The notes below the pieces were generated by a model. It had not been told where the DNA came from, searched no databases, and was given only the letters and a program-made list of their open reading frames with translations. The translations under genes and the position numbers were made by a program. A stretch of DNA of 64,000 nucleotides from Aulosira sp. ZfuVER01 (GTDB lineage: Bacteria > Cyanobacteriota > Cyanobacteriia > Cyanobacteriales > Nostocaceae): the NCBI GenBank assembly GCA_034530615.2, contig JAVRCV020000046.1, positions 32,001 to 96,000 of the forward strand, read 5' to 3'. This document shows, one piece after another, positions 52,027-60,296 of this stretch (positions are counted from its first letter, which is position 1; each line of letters starts with the position of its first letter).

Positions 52027-53658
52027 TTATTGATGCATATTTGTTTGATAAACCTTAATTAAACGCTTAATGCCTTTGAAACTATAACTACCCATTTCTT
52101 GAAAATCTGAGGGTTGTTTGAGCATTTTATAAGTAACTTCACTAATTACGCATTCACCTGGAGGACAAACTCCTTCCATGCGTGCAGCTAGGTTAATAGT
52201 AGCGCCTAAAGCCGTATATTCTACCCGTTGGGAGCTACCAACATCTCCGACAACTGCTTTACCGCTATTAATTGCAATGCGTAATTGTAGAGGTTCTTGC
52301 CAAAAACCATTCATATTCAGACGTTCTAGCCGAGTTAGCATCCCCTTAGCCGCCGCAATGGCGCGTTCGGCATGATCTGGTTGGGGTTCGGGAGCGCCAA
52401 AGAACGCCATGATACAATCACCAATATATTTATCTAAAGTGCCGCCATAGGCAAACACTTCTTGCAGCATCTCTTCAAATAAATTATTGAGTAATTTGGC
52501 GATCGCGGTTGGTGTGACTCTTTCAGAAATGGCAGTAAAACCAACTAAATCTGCAAATAATATACTAATTTCGCTTTCTTCGGGAGATAAACGTCCATCT
52601 GGTAGCCTACCCACAGATATTAACTGCTGAACTACTGCCGGAGAGTGATAACGTTCAAGTCTGTGACGAATTACTTCTTCGTTTTTGAGCCTATCTACTA
52701 ATAACCAGCGTTGTACGCTAGTCGCTACAAGGTTAGCTAAAGCCGAAAAAAAGCTGAGTTCTTCTTCACCTTCGTTAGCCCAATGGTAAGAAGACAAATG
52801 TGCATCTGCGTAGAGAACGCCAACAACTTTATTTTCATCCCATAACGGCACCGCCATAACGCTGCGAATTCCCTTAACTAAAACGCTGTGTTCTCCAGAA
52901 AAGCGTTCATCTTTATGGGTATCAGCAGACTGAACAACAACTTTTTCTTCAAATACTTTTTGGCAAATACTACGACTAATCCAACTGCCATCAGCTGCCA
53001 AATTTTGTTGGTGGGAAGCGTCTCTGGTTGCAGCATTCATCAATTCCAGATTACCACCGCCACTGACATCGACTAATAGCCCCAAGCGATCGATACTATC
53101 TAAGTAACGAAAAACTACTTCTTGTACTTGGGAAAAAATCTCTTCTATAGATGTAGCTGCACAGAGATTTTTGGCGATATCTACCAAGTCTTTGAGTCGG
53201 GCAATGGTAATATCCTTAGTGCTGATATCACCATCTTTGCTATCAGCTTGTATCCATTGCTGTTGCAGTTGTTTGACGTTTCGGAGAATCGTTTTTTGCT
53301 CAGTATTATCCCCATCCCGCTCTTTAGTTGGTTGAGTCCTACTCATTGGCTGTGCAGCAGGATCTCCAACTAACACCAGTAAACTCACATTACCCAACCA
53401 AACAACGTCACCGTGATGCAGCTGCTGTGGACGGGTAATTAGACGTTCATTCACTTGCGTCCCATTTTTACTGCCCATATCCGCAATAGTCCATACCTCA
53501 TCATCAGTCTTGACAATCTGGGCATGGTTACGGGAGACTCCTCCAAAAGGTAGATATAAGTTACATTCTGGTAAACGGCCGATAGTGAATACATCTCGAT
53601 CCACTGAAACCGTTTTTTCCGTATCTCCTTCTTGTAGACGTAGTTTGAGTTCAGTCAT
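52027..53658 (-). CDS. FHA-GAF class III adenylate cyclase (CyaD-like)
   Basis: IGR..VSRNHA..SKNGT (FHA); FADLVGFT, DKYIGDCIMAFFG, INLAARME. Confidence 0.9.
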   Translation of the reverse strand: MTELKLRLQEGDTEKTVSVDRDVFTIGRLPECNLYLPFGGVSRNHAQIVKTDDEVWTIADMGSKNGTQVNERLITRPQQLHHGDVVWLGNVSLLVLVGDPAAQPMSRTQPTKERDGDNTEQKTILRNVKQLQQQWIQADSKDGDISTKDITIARLKDLVDIAKNLCAATSIEEIFSQVQEVVFRYLDSIDRLGLLVDVSGGGNLELMNAATRDASHQQNLAADGSWISRSICQKVFEEKVVVQSADTHKDERFSGEHSVLVKGIRSVMAVPLWDENKVVGVLYADAHLSSYHWANEGEEELSFFSALANLVATSVQRWLLVDRLKNEEVIRHRLERYHSPAVVQQLISVGRLPDGRLSPEESEISILFADLVGFTAISERVTPTAIAKLLNNLFEEMLQEVFAYGGTLDKYIGDCIMAFFGAPEPQPDHAERAIAAAKGMLTRLERLNMNGFWQEPLQLRIAINSGKAVVGDVGSSQRVEYTALGATINLAARMEGVCPPGECVISEVTYKMLKQPSDFQEMGSYSFKGIKRLIKVYQTNMHQ

Positions 53659-53906
53659 GTGTGTGAAATATCTGTCCTGGAATCTGGAGGTTAGAGCCTT
53701 TGTGTGACTGGGAATATACCAAGTATCAGCCCTTGGCTCTATATTTATGACACTATTAATGGCATTTCGACAACTATAATGTAGTGAATATTACGGAACA
53801 ATTATATTCAGATATACATCAGCGTTATAGATAAATTCGCAATCAACTTCTTGTTTTAGGAAAAAGTGTATTCTAGTTAACAGTTAACCTCAGTCCAGCT
53901 ATAACC

Positions 53907-55376
53907 ATGATCGGCAGATTACTAGACCACCGTTACGAAGTGGTTGAACTATTAGGCAAAGGCGGATTTGGTCATACTTATATAGCCCTAGATACTCGCC
54001 GTCCTGGAAACCCCACTTGTGTCGTTAAACATCTTAAACCTGTTACCAGCGACCCGGAATTTTTGCCATTAGCTAGACGCTTGTTTAATAGAGAAGCCGA
54101 AACTTTAGAAAAGCTGGGACATAATGACCAAATTCCCCGACTTTTAGCTTACTTTGAGGAAAACGAAGAATTTTATTTAGTACAGGAGTTGATCGAGGGA
54201 CAACCACTAGCGTGGGAAATGCCACCGGGAAATAGATGGAGTGAAGAGCAGGTCATTAAACTACTGCAAGATGTCTTACCTATTCTAGAATTTATTCATG
54301 GTCATGGGGTGATTCATCGAGATCTCAAACCCGACAATTTAATCCGCCGGGCTGCGGACAACACAATAGTCTTGGTTGATTTTGGGGCGGTCAAACAAAT
54401 TAAGAGTTACTCACTGATGACTCCAGAACAGCTGAAAAACGACACTGTTGCTGTTGGGACTCCAGGCTATATGCCTAGCGAACAGGGACAAGGTAGACCG
54501 CGTCCTTGTAGTGACATTTATGCACTAGGCATGACTTGTATCCAAGCTCTCACAGGCTTGAATCCCAAACAGTTAGGAGAGGATGCTGTCAGTGGAGAGA
54601 TATTATGGCAGCATCATGCCCAAGTCAGCAACCAATTGGCATCAATCTTAAATAAGATGGTACGCCATTACTTCAAATACCGCTATCAGTCAGCAACCGA
54701 GGCATTGCAAGCACTCTCTTCCATCACTAATGCCAGCACACCTGCTGCTGTCGCATCTGTCGTAACTCAGGTGGTAGGCCACTATTTAAAAGATGGCTAT
54801 GTGACTGCAACCAAAGTTATGAACTATCTTCAGGAACTAGCAAAGCCTTGCTATATTCCGCCAGATAACGAAACTACTTCTGGTTCTACACCTCAACCCC
54901 TAACAGCGCCATCTACCCTACGGGCTTCTGAAGTACAGAATGCGCTGTCAACTACTGCTACTAATGCAACCCAAGCGCCTAGCCGTTCGCAGTTTAACTT
55001 GCGTTCTCTTCCTAAATCTTCTCCCAAATCGCGACTGCTAATTGGGGGCAGTGCTGCGATCGCAGTCGTTGCTTTTGGTATCATGTCTGCTAATCACTCC
55101 CAAAAACCATCTTCTGAGCCTGGGCAAAATGAAGTTAAAGCAGTAGCAAATAATACGAATGCGCCCGAACAGAAAAAAAGTTGTCTGGTAGTTACTAGTT
55201 CATCAAACTTGCGCTCTTTATCTGGCTCTGGACAAAGAAAAACAGGTAAAGTTGTCAAAGCCGGTACTCAAGTAACAACTACCGGCAAAACAGAAGGTGG
55301 TTGGATTGAAATTAGTTCTCCAGAGCCAGGTTGGATTTGGAAAAGTCGAACAAGAAATTCTTGCCCTGCTAAGTAA
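53907..55376 (+). CDS. Ser/Thr protein kinase with TM segment and C-terminal SH3-like domain
   Basis: GKGGFG, VVKHL, IHRDLKPDN, DFG, GTPGYMPSE. Confidence 0.93.
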   Translation: MIGRLLDHRYEVVELLGKGGFGHTYIALDTRRPGNPTCVVKHLKPVTSDPEFLPLARRLFNREAETLEKLGHNDQIPRLLAYFEENEEFYLVQELIEGQPLAWEMPPGNRWSEEQVIKLLQDVLPILEFIHGHGVIHRDLKPDNLIRRAADNTIVLVDFGAVKQIKSYSLMTPEQLKNDTVAVGTPGYMPSEQGQGRPRPCSDIYALGMTCIQALTGLNPKQLGEDAVSGEILWQHHAQVSNQLASILNKMVRHYFKYRYQSATEALQALSSITNASTPAAVASVVTQVVGHYLKDGYVTATKVMNYLQELAKPCYIPPDNETTSGSTPQPLTAPSTLRASEVQNALSTTATNATQAPSRSQFNLRSLPKSSPKSRLLIGGSAAIAVVAFGIMSANHSQKPSSEPGQNEVKAVANNTNAPEQKKSCLVVTSSSNLRSLSGSGQRKTGKVVKAGTQVTTTGKTEGGWIEISSPEPGWIWKSRTRNSCPAK

Positions 55377-55377
55377 G

Positions 55378-56334
55378 TTAATTAGCAATTATTTTGTCAA
55401 ATTCTTGTTTAATTTCATCAGCAAAGAATTGTGGGCTTAAAATTTGCGCATTGGCACCATATTTCAAAATACGCTGGCGAAACCAAAACCAATAATCTAC
55501 CGTTGCTGCAATGTCTCGGTATTTTCCTTCCGGGTCAATGTCAACGATCGCTTCATCTTGGCGTCGCGGTTGATAATTAGATAATGCGCCACTGGTACGA
55601 TAGCGAATTTCTAATTTGGGAAAATCGCAGGATACCCAATGAGTATCTGATGCAGCACCAACGCTAGTAATTTTATCGAGGCGAAAGATATGGTTTTGGT
55701 CGATGTTTTGCCAATAGTCAAATCGCCAAGAACGCCAGTCGGGGATAAATGCAAATAGGTAGAGAACTCCATCGTGCAATCGCAATTCTGAACGGTCGAT
55801 ATCCCAGATGCGTCCTTCTGCTCCTGGTTTACTTTGATAGCGAATAGTATAGCGACATTGTTGCACAAAGCGTTCTTGGAGTTGGCTAACGATCGCACCC
55901 AAATTGCGAGCGCTATAATCAACAGGAGGACTAAAATCGACTTTCACAAACGCGGGTATATCCAACTCTGTTAAATTACCGATGCGTTGAATTTGGCTAG
56001 CTTGCGCCGAAAAGCCCATGTCAGCTAAGAAATATGCCGCTATTGCTAGGGCTTCTCGCTGTTCGGTTGATAAAATAACAGGAAAATTTGACTCGATTAG
56101 TTCGTAGGGGCTATGAGTACTGCTGTTAATTTCGATACCGCAGTCTCTAAGTTTGCGAATTGTACGGATAATTTTTTGTTTAATATCACCATCCGCCGAT
56201 TTACCATGTTGTACTAAAAAAGCTGAAAGTAAATCTTCTAATTCTTGGCGTCGTCGTGGCTTTTCGGCTAGAAGTCTCAGGATTTCCAGAGCAAAAGCTA
56301 TTTGGTTGTAATTGCCGTCACTTTTGGCGGGCAT
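55378..56334 (-). CDS. HTH-WYL domain transcriptional regulator (CRISPR I-D associated)
   Basis: N-terminal wHTH; LYLFAF..FRLDKI; FRQRILKYGANAQILSP. Confidence 0.85.
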   Translation of the reverse strand: MPAKSDGNYNQIAFALEILRLLAEKPRRRQELEDLLSAFLVQHGKSADGDIKQKIIRTIRKLRDCGIEINSSTHSPYELIESNFPVILSTEQREALAIAAYFLADMGFSAQASQIQRIGNLTELDIPAFVKVDFSPPVDYSARNLGAIVSQLQERFVQQCRYTIRYQSKPGAEGRIWDIDRSELRLHDGVLYLFAFIPDWRSWRFDYWQNIDQNHIFRLDKITSVGAASDTHWVSCDFPKLEIRYRTSGALSNYQPRRQDEAIVDIDPEGKYRDIAATVDYWFWFRQRILKYGANAQILSPQFFADEIKQEFDKIIAN

Positions 56335-56578
56335 ACTTGAGGAAGATATTCCTACAGATGGCGAGGAATCATTAACTTGAGAGTTTAGCAGAAAATTTTG
56401 GCTTTGCTAACTCAGTAGTTCTGCCAAAAATTGCGCGATCCTACGACCTTTTGACAGCGAGGACACCAAAGTCGTTGTCTTGTTAAAGAAAGCCCTCGTT
56501 TTGACTAAATAAATTATTGTAGTGCGATCGCAGTTCTGATCTGTGGGATGATGCGCGATCGCTTTCATCATTGGTTTA

Positions 56579-56770
56579 TTATTCAACTTGGGATTGTCTG
56601 ATTTTTTCTCTAACCAGTTGCTCGAACTGATCCATCGAAGTTATCTCAATCCCTGGTTCGCTTTGCAGCCTATCCATGTATGCATGGAATGCAGCTTGGT
56701 CTTGCGGATGTGTTCTCACATATTCCCTTAGCTGCTCTCTGCTCATGGTGGCAAAATTTATCTCAGTCAT
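56579..56770 (-). CDS. DUF6887-like small protein
   Basis: NFATMSREQLREYVRTHPQDQAAFHAYMDRL. Confidence 0.7.
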   Translation of the reverse strand: MTEINFATMSREQLREYVRTHPQDQAAFHAYMDRLQSEPGIEITSMDQFEQLVREKIRQSQVE

Positions 56771-56952
56771 AAAAACCTCACTTTACCGTTTGGATAAATC
56801 AGTATTTCTGTCTCCTCCCCAGCTAAAACATAGATTTGATTTGTTCTCTCATCTAGCCTAACCACGTTAATTGGTTGAAGTACATTACTTAATCTGACGC
56901 AAACTAAGAAAAATTCAAAGGTTTGCTTGGAAGTTGGTATTTCTGGATACAT
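56767..56952 (-). CDS. DUF6888-like small protein
   Basis: PTSKQ..FFLVCVRLSNVLQPINVVRLDERTNQIYVLAGEE; 4-nt overlap with its partner. Confidence 0.7.
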   Translation of the reverse strand: MYPEIPTSKQTFEFFLVCVRLSNVLQPINVVRLDERTNQIYVLAGEETEILIYPNGKVRFL

Positions 56953-57007
56953 AACTGCGGAATATTGACCTTGGAAAATAACCAGCTAAACCTATTTTTA
57001 GATTTGA

Positions 57008-57300
57008 GTTTTAATCCCATTACTGGGAATTATTAATTTGAAAGTGCCTTGGCTTTGTGTTGCCCTTCGCGTCTTACCTCTGTTTCAATCCCGTTGCCAA
57101 GAGTCATTAATTTGAAATGACTAGAAAAAGCATGTTCGGATTACTTGCAGCAGCAAGTTTAAATCCCGCGAACGGGTTTCATTAATTTTAAAGTTTGCTC
57201 TCCTTGCTAAAAGTAAGGAGATTCAGAATAGTGGGGAAAGGCCAGTTGATAAAATGGAGACTGTTTCAATCCCGCGTGCAGGTATTCATTACATTAAAAT
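57008..57300 (+). CRISPR. Degenerate CRISPR mini-array: four diverged 37-38 nt I-D-type repeats, spacers of 37, 38 and 69 nt
   Basis: Repeats at 57008-57044, 57082-57118, 57157-57193 and 57263-57300; consensus GTTTCAATCCCG...GG...CATTAATTTGAAAG. Confidence 0.75.
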
Positions 57301-57898
57301 GCAACTGACCTCCCTTATAAGAGCATATCACAAGGTCATTGCTTCAGTTAATTTTTGGTAAGTCTATATTTAATCAAATATTTGACTTTCTTGGGTGTAG
57401 GTGGTAAAAAATTAATTAGGATTAAAAATCTAAGCAAAAGCCCCCGCTGGAACTGGCATTCCAACGGAGGAAACTTAAGATTTTTATTTTTAGAGGCAAA
57501 GATGTGTGTTTGCCCTAAGTTTTTCGTACCTTAAAAAAGGAACTCATTAAATGTACTGTAATTTTACCACTGTTTCAGAAACTTTGCATCTCAATATTGA
57601 GCAAAGTTACAATTTATTGCTGGAACATTCAACACCAACAGGAAGCATTAACCAAATCCAAGTATCTGCTTGGAGACAAGTTTCTGTAACTGCTTGCAGA
57701 GTGTATAAAGAGGAAAAGAATTGTACTCCCTCTGTGTTGCACGAAAGCTAAATTTTTACTCCTTCAAAAAGAAGTTTGCGGAAAATGCCATTAATCTAAA
57801 TAAAAATGCTAGTTCTGGGATTGCAAAATTTCAGTAGTCTAAAAACTAGCACAAAGTAGCGTTTTCCTCATTTTTCCCTTGTCGGAGTACCATAATAT

Positions 57899-57996
57899 GC
57901 CAGCAATTAGATTTCAATTGCTGGCTCACTCTGTATTGAACAATTTAAGCAATTTGATATCAACAGCTTCAAAAAAATATAGATTGATATCAAATT
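57899..57996. promoter_or_regulatory. Two inverted repeats upstream of cas3'
   Basis: GCCAGCAATT-N7-AATTGCTGGC; AATTTGATATCAA-N20-TTGATATCAAATT. Confidence 0.45.
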
Positions 57997-58057
57997 TTGA
58001 CTACAACATTCCCAAAACTAGTCTTAAACTGGGTGCAAATAACAAAAAGTAAGTCAG

Positions 58058-60193
58058 GTGAAACTTTTTTTACAACCTCTTTACTCTCAACTCAACCCAG
58101 GAGTTGAGAACTGTCTCCTTGAGTGTAACTCTGAATGCCTTGTTACACAAAGGGCTAGTGACCTTAAACCACCCGATGGATGTATCTGTCCTCTCTCATC
58201 ACACCAAGCGCAAAACTATAAGGAAATTATACACGGTGATGCAGATATTATCTGTAATCAAGCGGCAACTGGTGATGGTAAAACCCTGGGTGCAAATTTA
58301 CCGACGCTGATTAATCCTGATTTTCGCATTATGGGGTTATATCCCACAATTGAACTCGTGGAAGACCAAGCCGAACAGCAATATAAATATCATGCGCTGT
58401 TTGGGTTGGATGCTGCTCAACGAGTAGACCGTTTATTTGGTGCGGAATTAAGCAGAAGGGTAAAGCAAGCAAATAAAAGTAATAAATTTCAAGAATTACT
58501 ACTAGCGATTCAACAAAAGCCAATTTTGCTGACTAACCCCGATATTTTCCATTACATGACTCACTTTCAATACCGCGACCCGGCTTATGGTAGCGATCAA
58601 CTACCATTAGTATTGGCAGAATGGCCTGATTTGTGGGTATTTGATGAATTTCATATTTTTGGTAGTCATCAAGAAACAGCAGCTTTAAATAGTTTGGCTT
58701 TTATTCGTCGCAGCCAAGAAAATCAATCCCGTCCCCGGCGGTTTTTGTTTACTTCCGCAACGCCAAAAGAAGATTTTATTCAACAGTTACGCACAGCCGG
58801 GTTTAAGGTGGCTGAGGTTAAGGGAGTTTATGCAAGTGAAGCAAAGCCAGGATTTCGCCAAATTCTGCAAGCTGTGGAATTAGAGTTAGTGGAATTAGCC
58901 AAAGATGGAGACACGCAGACATGGTTAAGGGAAATGATTCCCACCATTCAGCAAATTCTGAATGCAGAGTCTAAAGCCAGGGGATTGATAATTGTTAATT
59001 CCGTGGCGAAAGCTGGTCAGGTGACTCGGTTGTTAGATGCTTTATTACCAGGAGTGAAAGTTCGAGAAATTAGCGGACGCATCGACAGACAACAAAGATT
59101 GCAGGTACAAAGCGACTTAAAAGATGCACAACAGCCAGTATTAGTAGTGGGGACATCTGCGGTTGATGTGGGTGTGGACTTTAAAATTCACCTGTTGATT
59201 TTTGAAAGTAGCGACTCTGCAACAGTAACGCAGCGTTTGGGAAGATTGGGGAGACATCCGGGTTTTAATGTGTACACAGCATTTATTTTAATTCCCGGTC
59301 ATACTCCTTGGGTGATGGCGAGACTGCAAGAAAAACTCAGTCCACAACAGAAAGTGACAAGAGAGATTTTAACAGATGCGATCGCCTACGCCTTTGACCT
59401 ACCCAAAAAGTTTGAAGAATATCGCCAGCATTGGGGTGCATTACAAGCACAGGGAATGTTTTGGCGAATGACGCAAGAGAATAAAAAAGTTAGTGAATTA
59501 GTGCGCGCAAACATAACAAAAGATTTGCAGCGCCTATATTCTAAAAGCATTGAATCAAAACAGGCTTACTGGTATAAAAAGCAGAAAACTGAGGTCGAAA
59601 AAGCCACCCAACAAGAACTGTTACGCTTTCGCGGAGGTTCAACCTTACAAGCGGCGGTTTGGGACGAGAATAATTTTTACACTTACGACTTGCTGCGACT
59701 TTTACCTTATGCGCGAGTAGAAATAATCGACCGTGAGACATTTTTAAAAGCAGCTAATAAATCAGCAAGAGGTGAAGAAGAATTTCCCGATGATTTCATT
59801 AATGTTTATCTTCGCATTCAGTCATGGGTTGACCAGCGAATTGAGCATTTGAGTTTACACACCAACCGTCAAAGCAGCGAAATCCAAATTGGCGAACTTT
59901 GTCTAATCGATAAATTAACCCTCATTGGACATCCTCAAGCTGATGTCATTAATTGTTTGCGACAAAAGAAACTCCTAACTTTTCTCGTCCCAGTCAACAA
60001 AAACAAACAAAGTAGCCATTGGGAAGTTAGCCGTACCCTTAACCTCAGTCCTTTATTTGGTTTATATCGCTTAGTTGACGCTAGCGAACAAGCTTACGCC
60101 TGTGCATTCAATCAAGATGCATTACTTCTCGAAGCTTTAAAGTGGCGCTTAAAAAAATTCACCAACACCCGCTTTGAATCTTCCATATTTTAA
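58058..60193 (+). CDS. cas3: Type I-D CRISPR helicase Cas3'
   Basis: ATGDGKT, LTNPDIFH, DEFH, TSAT, GTSAVDVGVDF, QRLGRLGRH; no HD domain. Confidence 0.93.
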   Translation: MKLFLQPLYSQLNPGVENCLLECNSECLVTQRASDLKPPDGCICPLSSHQAQNYKEIIHGDADIICNQAATGDGKTLGANLPTLINPDFRIMGLYPTIELVEDQAEQQYKYHALFGLDAAQRVDRLFGAELSRRVKQANKSNKFQELLLAIQQKPILLTNPDIFHYMTHFQYRDPAYGSDQLPLVLAEWPDLWVFDEFHIFGSHQETAALNSLAFIRRSQENQSRPRRFLFTSATPKEDFIQQLRTAGFKVAEVKGVYASEAKPGFRQILQAVELELVELAKDGDTQTWLREMIPTIQQILNAESKARGLIIVNSVAKAGQVTRLLDALLPGVKVREISGRIDRQQRLQVQSDLKDAQQPVLVVGTSAVDVGVDFKIHLLIFESSDSATVTQRLGRLGRHPGFNVYTAFILIPGHTPWVMARLQEKLSPQQKVTREILTDAIAYAFDLPKKFEEYRQHWGALQAQGMFWRMTQENKKVSELVRANITKDLQRLYSKSIESKQAYWYKKQKTEVEKATQQELLRFRGGSTLQAAVWDENNFYTYDLLRLLPYARVEIIDRETFLKAANKSARGEEEFPDDFINVYLRIQSWVDQRIEHLSLHTNRQSSEIQIGELCLIDKLTLIGHPQADVINCLRQKKLLTFLVPVNKNKQSSHWEVSRTLNLSPLFGLYRLVDASEQAYACAFNQDALLLEALKWRLKKFTNTRFESSIF

Positions 60194-60237
60194 AACTTAC
60201 AGCTTGAACATTAACCCTTACAGCTTGAATTTTGAAT

Positions 60238-60290
60238 ACTTCGACTTCGCTCAGTACAAGTTTTGAATTTTGAATTTTGAATTTTGAATT
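60238..60290. repeat. Nostocales short repeat plus (TTTTGAA)n STRR
   Basis: CTTCGACTTCGCTCAGTACAAG followed by TTTTGAA x4. Confidence 0.7.
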
Positions 60291-60296
60291 GTTAAT

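Noticed and set aside
57500..57612. Self-targets for mini-array spacers in the cas promoter (GTT-TGCCCT..., TTTGCTC)
   Set aside because: Matches are only 4-7 nt with poor extension or the wrong PAM, which is expected by chance.
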